Source of the DNA: Octopus sinensis
Taxonomy: Eukaryota
Direction: 5' to 3'
Assembly (NCBI RefSeq): GCF_006345805.1
Contig: NC_043000.1
Location: 76,632,001-76,696,000, forward strand
DNA length: 64,000 bases
Below the pieces are notes generated by a model. It was not told where the DNA came from. It saw nothing but the letters and a program-made list of their open reading frames with translations, and did no database searches. Positions 39,955 to 54,968 of this stretch are shown piece after piece (the first letter of the stretch is position 1; each line of letters begins with the position of its first letter). The translations under genes were made by a program, and so were the position numbers.

Positions 39955-41203
39955 GTGAGTATTTCCGGCATTACAGTCATAAATGAGGTGAAATATTAAA
40001 CTATTTCGGTAATGCTCTTTTTCTGACCAACAGATCCTAATCAGTGGCAATATCACATCTTAATATATTATATATATTTATCATATATAATAAGCTGTGT
40101 AAATATATGCTGATATGCGATAACATATCTTAATCATAAATCTTAATGTAATAAAAACCGTAGATAATTTCCCTTTACAACCTTTAGAAATTTGATTGAA
40201 TTTCATTAAGAATTCTTATAATATATTTATATTGCAACAAAAACAGATTGTTGAGTCAATATACAAAGCAAACGAGGAATGTAACAAATTGTTAAAAATA
40301 CAAATATATATATGGTAGAAGTTTTCTTTGTTTCTGTCAATGTTCCTTGTTTCTATTAATGCTCCTTAGAACTGATAATTTGAGAAACTTCTACTGTTCC
40401 TTGAGACCACAAACCGCGTTGGTGAGTTGATAAGCACCGATTTAAGTCGTTCGATGTTATTTGTACAAATGTAGTAAAGGGCACAGTGATGAAGCGAATT
40501 TGTGATACGGTTACTAGATATCTTTTTGACGAAAATCAAATGGGTTTACATATGCTTGCTTTGGTTCTTTGCTTTGAAATTATTGTAAAAGTCTTTTTCA
40601 CTCGAAATTGAAAATATGTAAACATGTTTCTTTACCTATATTTAACAACGTGAGAAATATTCTTTGAGACATGATAGAAGATGAGCAGAGATCTATCAAA
40701 CAGATTTAAAAGCATAACTATGGTTCATAAAGAAGGATGATGTTGATTTGTTCTTGTCATTGCCGTCGTCGTCTTTAATGTCGACGCTTTGCTCCAGGTC
40801 AGTTCTAACCAAATTGACGTGGTTATCAACGATGTTCCAACAGTGGCCGTCCAGTATTTTTGTGAAATATAGTGTAACCAATAGCACAAAGGTAGTTTAA
40901 GTGTGATACTTATTGGAGTTGAAGTTAATCTAATGACCTGAATGGGAAGTTAGAATGTACAGTAAATTATCAAATATCCAAAACAGTATTGTTTATGAAG
41001 TTGTTGTTCAAGTTAATGTTAGCCTTTCTCAGCTATGATCAAGCGGACCTATTATAAAGATATCCTAGTCATGATGGTTCCCATCTTTTACAAACATTAG
41101 GATGGGATTCAAGGGAAATTTACTAGTTATTTTTAGCAAGTTGAGCATACACCAGCGCTTCATTGGTCCTACATTTCAACCAAACGCATAAAAGTGTCGA
41201 GAA

Positions 41204-41234
<31 letters not shown>

Positions 41235-41321
41235 ATACACACATACGCGCGTTCTCTCCTTTCCTCCTCTCTCTAGCTGTAATATATATATTTACACACA
41301 CACACACACACACACGCACAC

Positions 41322-42300
41322 ACTAGCAATGCAGCTCGGCGTTGCCCGGGTGTTATGACCTACAGGCACATTATACTATTTGCTCCTTTCTTATGAGCAG
41401 AATCGGCACAGCTGATATCTAATTGATGGCATAATGGAAGTTATCGTTTATTTAAAAGGGAAGGGGAGAGTATAATTTGCATGGGTTTGCATGAAAGTGC
41501 TTTATGTTCTTAAGAAGGATCATAAAAGGGCGTTAATAAGATTTTATATAGAAATCACGTTTTCAAAATTTTAATTTTCCCCCATCCTCACTGCAATTTC
41601 TTAATTTGTAACTTTTTCGAATTTTTTTTTGTTTTTGTTATATACGTAGAAATATATAGAGATTACTAATCTGGAAAATACATATATTTTACATAGTTTA
41701 ATTTTTCTTAAAGAAACACTCAATGCCCCTTCCCCACCTCGCTCACCCATCACGTGCTAGCTTTCACTTTTGCCTGATGTTTCCCGCATGCGTAGAATTC
41801 TACTGAAATAGCAAACTTAAAAATACCAGACCACCGCCTGAAAACCCAACTTGCTAGAAACAACAAGTAAACGACTTTATTTCTGAAGAAAATTCCCCGC
41901 TTTCCATAAAGCTAAAAGTGAACATTGTGAGTCTGTAGCTTTTTGAAAGTAGTGAGGTGATGGGTAAAATTGTTAAAGATTCGTACTCTCTGTTTTCTCT
42001 CCATGGATTACCAAGAAAAAATATTTGAAAAAAGTAAAAAATGAATTTGGTGTGGAAAGGGAGAAAATTAAAATATTGAGAACGTGTTTTGTGGGTGAAA
42101 TCCTAATCTTCAGTATCGCAGACATAGGAATCGGAAGAAATTTAAGAAAAAGATAAGGCGGGGGAGCGAAAATATCACCTTGGACATGCTAGAAAGAAGA
42201 AGTAAAGGACAGGATTTCTGGGAAAACTTTCTTTTAAGTTTACATTGGAGATCAGGTTTTTAAAGATGTTCATCACAAACACAAATTACACAATAGCAAA
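41322..42300 (+). mobile_element. Helitron/Helentron-like non-autonomous element
   Basis: Starts ACTAGCAATGCAGCTCGGCGTTGCCCGGG, the 5' end pattern of HINE/DINE-type elements; 3' limit approximate. Confidence 0.4.
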
Positions 42301-42902
42301 AGATAATTTCAATTAGATTTGAGCTTTAAATTTGCGCGTGCACACTGCAAGAAAACATAATTCGCACAGAAGTTTTACCTAGAGTGTGTGTGTGTGTGTG
42401 TGTATGTGTGCCAAAGGAAGTTATTTTATGGCATTCTTTTGTTTGAAGAAACAAAGTCCTAAACTCGACATATATGGGATCATATGATTGTTCGTTAATT
42501 TCCGTAAAATTCTTTTAATTTATTTATGCTTTGAAGAGAGGAGAAATTGAAAGAGAGAATAAAGAAAAGAGGCGACATTTGCTTTGAAGTGAAAGGAGAA
42601 AGTAAAAGAGAGGAGAATGTGAAATATGTACGTGTATATGAAATGGACGTGTGTTTGAGAGACAGAGAAAAAAAGAGAGATTGAATGAAGGTGTGGTGAT
42701 GTATGAATTTTTTGCATGTATGTGTAAGCATCATTCATTCCCCCCTCTCTCTCACACACACAACTTTCATATACACATACATAAATAGGCAGAGGTAAAG
42801 AATATGTGCACCACCCGTTTTCGGCGTGACCCTAATCCTAAACACCGGATGTGCGTATTCTTTACATTCGGCCATAAATACATATGCATACGTCTTTTTT
42901 GT

Positions 42903-42944
<42 letters not shown>

Positions 42945-44068
42945 TCGTATTTTCTCATAATATATAGAACAATGGATGTCTTTTAATGCAATGTTTCGGG
43001 TTGAGTGCCACTTACACATACATGAGAATGCACACATTCACTCTCTCTCTCTCTCACACACGCACATGTGCATACGAAAAAGATCTATGCATATGTTTTG
43101 ATTTATGTACGTATACATGACAACACACCCATTCAGTCACTCTCTTTCTTTCTCTCTCTTTCTCCCTTCCGCTCTCTCTCACTCTCTCTTTCTCCTTTCC
43201 CCTATCTCTTCCCCCCCTCTCTCTCTCTCACACACACGTCCATTTTATATACAGGTACATACATCTTTCATTTTCTCCTCTATTTCACTTTAAAACATAA
43301 GTAAATAAATAAACATATTTTATGGAAATTAACGAACGCACATGACAGTTCTGCAAGTCAAAACGAAAGATCGCCTAAGCAACTTTCTTTACAGATGTAA
43401 CTATTTCGGAGAAATATTACTTTCATTATTCATACATCGCCAGTCTCGTAATCGAACACTGTAATTTTGGTTCAAATTGAAAGTATGAAACTATTTTCAC
43501 TTTCTAATGAAACCTGGTCGTTGTAACTTTCAATATCAATTCGTTTCACTGTTGGGTGAGTGCGTGGGGGGGGGGATAAAGCCACATACATATACTAAGA
43601 CACGCACTCACACACACATGCACACACACACATACATATATTAACGCACACCTCAAGCCTTTCTCTGTTCCTCTGTGCGTCTGTGTCTTTAGATGTGTGT
43701 GTTTGTGTGCGTGTCAGTCGTCACAAAAATGTATGTATACTGACAGGCAACAAACACCGCCACATACATATACTCGTCAGTCATTGGTCTAACGTGCACA
43801 ACGAACGAGCGAACACACTCATATAGAAAATGTGACGTCATCGTTGTTGTGGTGGTGGTGGTGATGGTAAAAGATGTCGTTTACAATAGATGATTAAAAG
43901 AAAAATGATAATGTTAAATCTTTGTAATGCGAATACGTGAGTGAAAATATAGTTTAGTTGGTAGCCAAAAGCTTACTGAATCTTTTGATACCCCATACGT
44001 CAAAATCGGTAACTCGGTTTTGGAATGCATAAGGAACATGCGCACACCTACATACACATACAAACTCT

Positions 44069-44137
<69 letters not shown>

Positions 44138-44138
<1 letters not shown>

Positions 44139-45900
44139 GGGGACCTAAAACTACGACCCATTGTAGCTGGCCCAACCTGTGAAACACACAGATTAAGTCT
44201 ATTTATGGACATCCTCCTGAAACCCTTCCTTAAACATATCGATAGCCATATCAGAGATGACTTGGATATGTTAAACCACCTTCCAAAAGAAGTCAAGGAA
44301 GAAACAATCATGGTTTCATTTGGTGCAGTTAATTTATATACCAGTATACCTCATAATTATGGACTAGAGGCAATACAGTTCTGGCTGGACCAATTTCCAG
44401 CAGAAATACCAAAAAGGATCAGTAAAGAATTCATTACTAAATCGGTTGAATTCATCCTACATAATAACCACTTCATGTTTGACAATACATTTTACCATCA
44501 AAAATCCGGAATTGCTATGGGTACAAGGGCAGCACCAGTCATTGCGAACCTAACAATGGGCTACCTGGTAATAATTGTTTACCAGGAATCTTTATCAACC
44601 TTTGGAAACCCCCTCTCTCAATACATAAAAGTGAATTGGAAACGATTCCTGGACGATTGTTTTATACTCTGGAATGAAAACACAGATAAACTCCTAAAAT
44701 TCAAAAACCTATTGAACAGCATCAACCCAAATATACAGTTCACAATGGAATACAACCAAAAGGAGCTTCCATTCTTAGATATACTAATTAAAAAAATTAA
44801 CCTTAAAAGAGAAACAGGCATTTTTTACAAAGCCACAGACGCCAAACAATACCTACTTTTTTATTCATGCCACCCAAGACACACTAAAACAAACATCCCT
44901 TTCAACCTTGCAAGAAGGATATGCACAATAGTGTCAGAACAAAATACCAGGAACTTTAGACTACAAGAACTAAAAAACACCCTAATTGACAGACACTACC
45001 CAGCTCAACTCATAGAGGATGGGATCAGACGTGCAACAGAAATCGACATAGAAACTTTGAGAAAAGTTCAACACAACAACACACCTTCCCCGAAAATACT
45101 ACCTTACATATCCACATACAACCCTAGAAACAAAGAAGCCTTCACCATCATCACCCAGAATTTACCAATACTTCATAAGGACCCCACATTAAAGGAAATT
45201 CTAAACATACATAAAATCATTAAAAGCTACAAACAATCTAAATCACTAAAAATGATTCTCACAAAGGCAAAATTGTTTTCTGAAATTGCGGATGCAAAAG
45301 TAAAAAAATGTGGTAGACCAAACATGCCCAAACTTTCTAGAAGGATCGGAATTCCTTTTCAAAGAGGGACAAAAATTCAAGATCAAATCTAATTTTACTT
45401 GTGCTTCTGAAAACATAATTTATGTCATAAGATGCTCGGGCTGCCACCAAAACTACGTGGGGTCCACGGGACTATCATTCAGACGTAGATGCACACTGCA
45501 TCGACAACAGATTGCATTCCCAGAATACAGAATGATACCCTTTAGTGAGCATATTGAGAAATGCGCAAAGCAACTACTACCACAATTTTTAATCTTTCCT
45601 TTTTATCAATGTGCTATTGGAACACCAACACAAATTAGACTAAACAAGGAAACATTCTTCATTGAAAAATATAAGCCCAAACTTAACCACTCTAACATTC
45701 TTATATAGAGAAACTCACCCCATTAAGTAAAAGAGGCATGAAATATAAAGCGATTATCTCCCTTACACCGGAAGAAATCACTTATTACCTCCCCTTACCT
45801 GGAACTCTTCTTTACACTTCATAACGAAGTCATAACACGATGTTTTGAGAAATTTGAAAAGTTAACACGAAACCGGTAATTTCTTCAAAAACTATGTCAC
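44138..45900 (+). mobile_element. Penelope-like element, RT plus C-terminal GIY-YIG endonuclease, 5'-truncated, one frameshift
   Basis: LRPIVAGP, SFGAVNLYTSIP (first catalytic Asp changed to Gly), QKSGIAMGT, RFLDDCF, LPFLDI, SCHP; then FTCASENIIYVIRCSGC..NYVGST..R...H and KYKPKLN; 3' tail holds a hammerhead-like fold. Confidence 0.95.
45842..45892 (+). ncRNA. Variant hammerhead fold with U3-A8 core, in PLE 3' tail
   Basis: GTTTTGAGAAAT-TTGAAAA-GTtaacAC-GAA-ACCGGT-A-ATTTCTTCAAAAAC; long stem I, palindromic stem III, GUA site. Confidence 0.65.
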
Positions 45901-46000
45901 TGTATGAAAATTTTTATAACATTCTTCTGACTTATGACTCAAATATATTTTTTAACCTTTTAAAACAATCCTTCTGTGGTTTTTTCACTTTTTACTATTT

Positions 46001-46120
<120 letters not shown>

Positions 46121-46539
46121 TATATACTTGCATGTATGCATGTATGTATGTATGTATGTATGTATGTATGTATGTATGTATGTATGTATGTATGTATATG
46201 CGCGTGTGTGTGTATCCTGTTATTTAGTCTTTCTCATTATTTCATCCTAAATATTCCTACTTTTTAAACTGTAAAGCATTAAAAATTAAAATTTTAGCGA
46301 AGGAGAATAAAGTATAGCTCCAACTACCAATTGATTTAACTTTACTATCTACTAGCTTAACTCCGAATATTACCTTGTATAACTGACGCTTTATTAGATT
46401 ATTAGAAACTGAAACTTACCCAGAAATTTCATACCAATCCATATATACCTTTATCAATAGTAATTCACTTATTAAACTACATAGTTATATACCGTACTTA
46501 TATATTCATTTGCTGGTTTACTTGTCTTCCTTTTCAATG

Positions 46540-47400
46540 ACACCATGAAATTTTTATTTCTTCCTCCTAAATCTTTACTTTCCGTCAGTTTTTCCAATGA
46601 CGGCCTTCGGTGAAGCTATGGCATTGTGATAATATTGATTGATCTCCCATTCAACATGGGATTTATATCTGTCGAGTTTGTAGGTCACAACATTAATTTT
46701 ACATTATCGTAGGTGATTGCATGACATCCATTCTTGGATTTCGTAGGTTTTGTGAGAATGCTGAGTTTTGTTTGAACAAGCCTTCTGCTGCGTACTTCAT
46801 CCATCCAGGGCTTAACAACTGTCTCAAGTACCTCAATGTATCAAGATGTGTGGTGGTATGACATGACCTTCGTTACTCATCGCTCCTAAAACCATTACAG
46901 TTGCTGGAAACTTCGTCTGGGGACACCAGAAGGATCTACACATAACCATTTGTCATTTCTTCTTTTAGACTTTTGGTCATTGTCGCGGTGTTTGTAATCA
47001 GAGGAGCACCAAACCATGCCATGTTTTGAGAATTTTTTTACCTTGTTAAGCAACCGCTTGGCACGGATCAAACGGTGGCCTTTCCTCAATACACACGACT
47101 TTTATCAAATGTTCTCGTGCCCCACAGTTCTGATAGCCCACCCCGACGCCTGAAATTCTTTAGAGATGACCCTATTTGATTTTTCCGGGACTATCAACAA
47201 TAATGTTCAGAACTCGATGGATGAATTTTTGTGTACTTATAGCGTCTGGATGCTTAGAATGTTTGATGTAGTTGAAACATTCCTGCCAGAGGTTTCCAAT
47301 TCCATCTGAACGCCTTTCTGGCACTTTGAAAATGGTAATTTTTAAATCGTTGTGTTCTGCACATGTGACAACAATTACTGTGCGTCTTTTTATTATTTGT
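46540..47400 (-). mobile_element. maT/DD37D-like Tc1-mariner relic
   Basis: Minus-strand fragments ...DQKSKRRNDKWLCVDPSGVP..FPATVMVLG.MSNEGHVIPPH..DTLRYLETVVKPWMD, typical of Bmmar1/maT-type transposases; heavily decayed. Confidence 0.65.
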
Positions 47401-47599
47401 GTTAACGTTTTATCTTCTTCGGGGTATCTGAAAGAGATAACCTTTTAATTAGCTTGAAGAGAGTAATATGCTGGTAATTAAGTGTCTCTAAATCACCACA
47501 CGTAGACACACACACACACACACACGCACGCACACACACACACGCACGCACGCACACACACATGCGCACGCACACACACGCACGCACGCACACACATAT

Positions 47600-47825
47600 G
47601 TTTCTTTATTACCCACAAGGGGCTAAACATAGGGGGGGGGGACAAACAAGGGCAGACAAACGAATTAAGTCGATTACATCGACCCCAGTGCATAACTGGT
47701 ACTTAATTTGTCGACCCCCGAAAGGGTGAAAGGCAAAGTCGACCTCGACGGAATTTGAACTCAGAACGTAACAGCAGACGAAATACGGCTCCACATTTCG
47801 CCCGGCGTGCTAACGGTTCTACCAG
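47600..47825 (-). mobile_element. tRNA-derived SINE with Deu/Nin-like core
   Basis: GAGTTCAAATTCC B box and GCCTTTCACCCTTTCGGGGGTCGACAAATTAAGTACCAG core; related copies at 13297-13500, 18685-18880, 24578-24725, 28365-28570, 52220-52350. Confidence 0.8.
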
Positions 47826-48009
47826 CTATAGGCGCAGGCGTGGCTATATAGGAAAAAGCTTGCTTCTCAACCCAAAGTTCCAGGTTCAGTGTCACTGCGT
47901 GATATCTTGGGCAAGTGTCTTCCACTGAAGCCACGGGCTGACGAAAGCCTTGTGAGTAGATTTGGTAGACGGAAACTGATAGTAGCCCGTCGTAATAAGG
48001 ATGTTGAAT

Positions 48010-50520
48010 GATTACAACACCAGTCTGCTAGAAATAGACCCCAAGTTTCACACATGGCTGTCCTATATAGTTATGTCCACAACATGAGCAAGTTATAACA
48101 TGAATTAGATGCTCGGAAGCACAAGTGAAGCTGGTTTTAATTGGAACCTCTCTCCTTATTTGAATAGGAATTCCGAGCCTTCCAGTAGGTCCACATTTTT
48201 TCACCGTTGGTTTCGTGGTTATTGTGTAAAGCTTCGCATTTGTTAGAAGTCTTTTTAGCGGTTCTTGTTGCTTTGCATTTAATGAATTTATGTGTTTTCA
48301 GAATGTTGTTAATTTTTGGATCTCTAGTGAGCATAGATAGATTTTGTACAATAGTGTTGTATGCCGCATTGTTTCTAGGGTTGTGAGTTGATATATACAG
48401 TAGTGTTTTGAGATAAGGTGTGGTGTTACGTTATGTTGCCCTCATTGTTTTAATGTTTAATTTTTTAGCACGCTTAATTTCATCGTCTATAAGTGAGGGT
48501 GGGAATTGCCTTTCAGTTAGTGTTGTTCTGAAGTCTTGAAGACGAAGATTCCCAGTATTTGCATCAGACACTATTATGCAAACACCTTTTGCTAAATTAA
48601 AGGGGATATTTCTTTTAATGTATTTCGGGTGGCATGAGCTAAACAGGAGATATTGCTTCGAGTCCATTTGTTTATGATAGATATCAGTTATAATTTACTT
48701 GTTGACTTTTTTATCATAATATTAAAAAAAAAGTGGAGCTGTTCTTTGCTATATTCCATTGTGAATTGAATGTTAGGGTTTATATTATTTAGTATTGATT
48801 TGAATTTCAAAAGTTTATCAATGGTATCCATCCAAATGATAAAGCAGTCATCCAGGTATCTTTTCCAGTTCTCTCTTATGAAATAATAGTGAAATGGATA
48901 TCCATATTTTTGCAGTGACACTTCATATATGGTGAGTTCAAAATAATCCATTATTAGGTTCGCAAGAACAGGGGCTGCTGTCGTTCCCATCGCAATTCCG
49001 CATTTTTGGCGATAGTAAGTGTCATCAAATAGGAAATAATTGATCTGAAGTATAAATTTTAAAGATTGAACAATAAAGACCTGATTTTGCGTTCCGGAAG
49101 TACTTCGGGGTACTTTTCCAACCCGAATTTTATTGCTTCTATTCCATAGTCTTGTGGGATGCTGGTGTAAAGATTAATAACATCGAAGGAAGACAGTAAT
49201 GCCTCTTTATTAGTTGTTTTTTGTAGGTGCTCTAACATGTCTAGATCATCTCTAGTGAAACTTTTGATGTATTTCAGCAAGGGTTGCAGTAGGATGTCTA
49301 TAAAATTGCTTCGGCGGTGGGTTTCACAGGCTGGGCCAGCTATAATGGGTCTTAACTTTAAGTCTTCTGGCGCTTGGTATTTATGTGTGATTGTTTGCAG
49401 ACTTCATTAACTATCTTGCTCTTATGTATTTTTGGTAGGCCGTAAAAAAGACTAGGTTTACGTTTAAAGTTCGTGATGTAATCTATTTCTTTTTCTGTTA
49501 GGCCTTCTCCATTTAGATGCAAGATTTCCATGTAGATGCAGACCTTTTCCATTAGGGATGCAAGATTTTTCATTGTTTTTTGTTGTTTATACCTTTTCGT
49601 AGATGGTATCGTTTTCGAGCATGGATAATACTACAGCACTCCCTTTGAAGGCGCAATGGCCCAGTGGTTAGGGCAGCGGATTCGCGGTCGTAAGAAGGCG
49701 GTTTCGATTCCCAGACCGGGAATTGTGAGTGTTTATTGAGCAAAAACACCTAAGCTCCACGAGGCTCAGGCGGGATGGGGGTGGGGGTGAGCCCCGCTGT
49801 AATCTTTCACCACAACTTTCTCTCACTCTTTCTTCCTAGATTGTGAATCCTTTGTACCTCAGGATGGTTTAGCTCACGAAATGAGGACAACAAACGCAGC
49901 TTTCGTGCCCGTCCAACCGCCAGTCTATCGCGTTTGGTGGGTTGATCTTCAAGTTGTCACACGTATTCTTAGTAGCTTAGAGTAGGCTCGATTTAGAGAT
50001 TATTCTTTGTGGCTAATGGCGTGAGTCCTGATTGGAAGAAGAAGAAGAAGAAGAAGAAGAAGAAGAAGAAGAAGAAGAAGAAGAAGAAGAAGAAGAAGAA
50101 GAAGAAGAAAGAAGAAGAAGAGAAGAAGAAGAAGAAGAAGAAGAAGAAGAAGAAGAAGAAGAAGAAGAAGAAGAAGAAGACAGCATTTCCTTTGTCTGCT
50201 TCTTTAATTGTCAGTTCTTTGTCGTTTTGTAGTTTAATTAGATTTTTCCATTCTAAATTAGTTTTTCGCTTATGGAAAGTATTTGGGAAATTTTGGATAT
50301 GATCGCAGAAGTCTTAACCAGTGATTCATCCTCGTTGTAGTCAGTTAGTGCTTCTGTGCGTCGTAGTTTTCTGCAGAATTCAGAAATATTGTCTTTAATT
50401 TCATTCTGATTAGATCTTCGTGGGGTTGGGATAAATTTCAATCCTTTAGCCAGTATACTGATTTTTGTTGCAGAAAGACGTTTCTTTAATAAATTCAATA
50501 CGTTGGGTTTCTCCTGTATG
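48010..50520 (-). pseudogene. Decayed Penelope-like element related to 44138-45900
   Basis: KGLKFIPTP, FYGLPKIHK, SFDVINLYTSIP, MGTTAAP, RYLDDCF, SSCHPK motifs in broken frames; interrupted by a SINE (49650-49817) and a (GAA)n expansion (50035-50180). Confidence 0.9.
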
Positions 50521-51662
50521 TTTTGTTCCAGCGTGTGTCCTTATTTCTCTCCATTGGGTCTAAAAATGTTTACTATAAATTTTATTTTGGAAAATTTGTC
50601 ATCGAAAAATACAGAACAAGTCTAAATATGAACGCATAACCAACTTTAATCTCAGTATATATTTTAATTCATGATCACATTCCCATCAGTGTACATATTT
50701 CTTCTCACTACTTTAGCTTTTGAGTTTTTGTGAATATTTATCCTCGTCCCCGAAAGATGAACAATTACCTCCCCTGTCCCCAGTAATAACAATCACCAAT
50801 TACTTCCCCTTAGATTTTCTACTTGAATCATTCACAAACTTCTCTACTCACAACATGGACTAAAATCTTCAGAGAATACGAAATTACAATAATTTCAATG
50901 TCATGATTAGCGAAAGCGAAACCGGTAGACAAGCAGTATAAAATATATTAAAAAATATATTAAAACTATGTAAAGTGTGCGCATTTCCCTCTTTATTTGA
51001 TATATACTTTTTGCATTACAACTCACTACGAGGGGATAATCGAAATTCCTCTCTTTGTGTTACTATATGTGTGTGTGTATTCTTTTATTCTTTTACTTGT
51101 TTCATTCATTTGACTGCGGTAATGCTGGAGCACGCCTTATACTTAGTTACTGTTTTACTTTTTATTTGTCTTAGTCATTGAATTGCGATCATGTTGTGAC
51201 CCCCATACGCAGATACACAGAGGCACATAGACACACTCTCACACACTCATACACATCACATACGTCAGCTTAGTTTCTTTGAGCCAAGAACTCACCTAAA
51301 TTGATTCAGATTATTTCACTTGCACTTCTAATGTCTTAAGGTCAAGAGAGAACGGCAAACATTCTCACTGTGTCATTAAAATGCCAGGAATATTCCTTCT
51401 CCCTTGTCAATTTTTAGATAAGTATTAGTTCGTTTCCTTCATGGAATTACAGCTGGTCATGTTGATTGGGTATTTAACTTCAGAATCTATAGAGAGAGAT
51501 TGTTAGTCAAGTCGGTGTTAATATATTTAACCCTGGGAAAATTGAAAAAGCTAACTAGAAATAATTATGTACAGGTAAAATAAAATTAGTCAATGTCTAT
51601 TTGTGAGTTTGTAGAATCATTAACGACTTGGGCAAACTGCTGAGCGGCATTTTTTCAGACTA

Positions 51663-52202
51663 CGGTAAACCTTCGATTATCGCAGGTGTTACGTTCCAAC
51701 CCTAACCCTCACGTTGGGTGAAAATCCGCGAAGTAGAAACAGTACTGTACCGTATATTTTTTAATTACTTTTATAATTTGTATATATTTATTTTATTACT
51801 TTTATATATTTCAGCTTTTATAAACTCTCTCCACACTCTTAGGAGTACCCGTGTCTTCTCTTTTATTGCCTTCCGAGTTTCGTTTTTCATACAGTATGTG
51901 CGACTCTTTGTTTACACATCTACGGTATACTACGTATTTTCTTTATTACGATTTAATTAATGTGTTGTACAGTGCAGTACTGTATAGTATCTTAATTTAT
52001 TAATTTATTAATTTTTAGGCGTGAAAATGATTATTTTACCACAGAAATAATTAAAATCTAAAAAGAATTTAAATACCTATCAGCCGTAGAAACACGTGAT
52101 ATACTGAGGAGACCCCGCTATAAATTTACATATATTAGCCAGAAAAACCCGCGATGTACAGAGGGCGTGATAGGTGAACCGTGATATGGCGTGTAATTAC
52201 TA
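51663..52202. mobile_element. pogo/Tigger-like non-autonomous DNA element (MITE)
   Basis: TA-flanked; left end CGGTAAACCTTCGATTATCGCAGG, right end ...GTGAACCGTGATATGGCGTGTAATTAC form degenerate TIRs; no ORF. Confidence 0.5.
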
Positions 52203-52474
52203 TACTTATGTCCTTGGGATCAAATTCCGCCGCGGTCTACTTTGCCTTTCATTCTTTCGGAGTGGTTAAAATAAGTACCAGTTTTACACTGGGCTCGATA
52301 TAATTGACTTACTTTCCTTTAAAATAACTAGCTTTGTGCCAAAATTTGAAACCATTATTAATTTTTTTACGGCAAGTAGGGGAGACAACTCCAAACGTTT
52401 CGTATTTCTTATGATTTCACCAGTGAAGTTTCGTATTCGTTGTACGTACCGATCTATTGATGGTAGAATAACTA

Positions 52475-53591
52475 TCAGGTTGTATAAAAAGTAAGGAATG
52501 TTTTGAACTATGACGAATTTGTACCGGATTTTTATAGAGTTTGCAATTGTCTGATAATACAGATGTAGATTTACCCAAATGCATCAATATATTTTTCACC
52601 GTTGTCACAGTAATTTGAAATGGAACTGTCAAAGTGCAATATTCAAGCAATTTTGCTATTTAACTTCCAAAAAGGACGTAAATCAGCTGAAACTGTTCGC
52701 GATATCAATGAAACATTTGGTGAGGAACTGACCAGTGAGTAATCAGCTGGAAAATAGTTTAAACGATTTCGCAGTGGAGACCTGAGCCTTGAAGATCGTG
52801 AGCGTAGTGGACGCCCATCTGTCATCGATGACGGTCAATTTAAAACTGGCATTGAGAAAGATCCACATAAAACCACTCGAGAACCTACAAAAGATCTTCA
52901 AGTTAGTGAGAAAACTGCCTGCAACCATTTACATGCGATCAGAAAATCAAAGAAGCTCGACAAATGGGTACCTCACGATTTGAATGAAAACCAGAAAATG
53001 CGCAGATACGAAATTTGCTCTTCTCTGTAACCAGATCGATCCATATTTCAACCACATTGTAACTTGCGATGAAAAGTGGATTCTGTACAATAATAAAAGA
53101 AATGTTCTCAGTGGTTGGACAGAAATAAAGTAGCGAAAATCTTCCCTAAACCCGAGCTCTTCAAAAAGAAAGTTATGGTGACCGTTTGGTGATGTACTGC
53201 TGGACTCATCCACTATAACTTCTTAAAACCTGGAAAAACCATTATTGCAGAAACATATTGCCATGAAATTGCCAAAATGGAGGAAAAACTGCTGCTTCTC
53301 CGTCCCAGACTGGTCAACAGAAGTGGGTCAGTCATTCTTCATGACAATGTTCGACCACACGTTTCACTAATGACGTTCCAGAAGTTGAGGGAACTTGGCT
53401 ATGATGTTCTTCCCCACCCAGATTATTCCCCAGACCTTTCTCCTACCGACTACCACTTTTTCAAGCACGTTGATGGTTTCCTGCGAGAGAAGGAATTCAA
53501 AAATCCAACTGATGCTGGAAGTGCGTTCAAAAAGCTCCAGATCTCTAGATTTTTATGTTATCGGAATAAACAAACTCGTTACTCATTGGCA
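52475..53591 (+). mobile_element. Mariner (cecropia/Hsmar1-like) remnant, right TIR lost
   Basis: TA then TCAGGTTG...AAAAGTAA left end; ATG at 52620 gives MELSKCNIQAILLFNFQKG...SLEDRERSGRPS; downstream DEKW, LHDNVRPH, YSPDLSPTDYHFF. Confidence 0.9.
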
Positions 53592-53630
<39 letters not shown>

Positions 53631-53765
53631 ACACACACACACACACAAACTTACACACACACATGCACATAAATACACACACAGACGTACATCGTACACG
53701 CACATATACACACTCGCTCATAGATCCACATACATACATACGTACATACACACATGCATACATAC

Positions 53766-53796
<31 letters not shown>

Positions 53797-54192
53797 CATA
53801 CATACATACATACATACATACATGTATGTATGGTCGAAATTTTCACTGTTCGAATTGTAATATTGACTCTGTGGTAGCTCATAATGAAGTTGTTTAATTC
53901 CGATCCAACACGATAGAATTATTCTTGTTTAAATAAAAACCACCGCTAATCCACTGATTCATGATCAAAACGTTTCAGAGGCCATCATCCTGTTCGTTGT
54001 TAAAAACGCTGTGTACTATATACTGCATTCTGCCGGCTTAAACAATTCTAATATACATAAAGAAATACTGACATGTTTCCTCCACTCACACACATATACA
54101 CAAGTGCTAATATAGAAGTATAAGCATTCTCATTGTTCGATATTTACGTATATTATATATATATGTGTGTGTATGTGTGTGTGTGTATATAC

Positions 54193-54240
<48 letters not shown>

Positions 54241-54928
54241 TATATATACACACACACACATATATACCAGACACATGCGTATGTGTTTGTACGCACAAAC
54301 ACACACATACACACACACACAGACATATACGTGTATATATGAATATGTGTCATACTCATACTGGTTTGATTTACACACTTCAAATAGCCCGAATCCCATT
54401 GCTATATTTACTAATATAACAAACTACCTTTGCGCTGTGAGGCACCATGTTTAATCGATCTGACTGGCACATTGATTTATAGGTCATAACAAAGACTCTG
54501 AAGTAGAATCATATGAAGGTGGAGGGCTGAATGAGACGAGACAAAGATTAATAGTTGAAGCATAACCAGATAAATTGCAATATAGCAGAGGTTGGATGGC
54601 AGGGAAAGAAGACCTATACCTGTCTACCTACCTACCTACCTACCTACCTACCTACTACCTACCTACACGCATACATACATACATACATGCATACCCCTAT
54701 ACACACATATTTGCTGGACTTCTCCGTCGGGAATGACATATAGGTATAAGTATACTGTTCACATAATTGAACTATGTAGCTACTGATTTATAGTAAGTAG
54801 CTGAGTACACCAGAATCAATTGTACCTGTAACATAATTATCAAATGGAATCAATGGGACACAATACGTGACAAGGTTGAAATTTTGAATAAATCGTTCCT
54901 ATAAAGTTTCCATATATATATATATATA

Positions 54929-54968
<40 letters not shown>

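Noticed and set aside
40670-40890. Possible terminal exon (+), 65-nt exon (+) or antisense exon
   Set aside because: Weak acceptors, no phase-consistent support, and a better exon exists at 57780.
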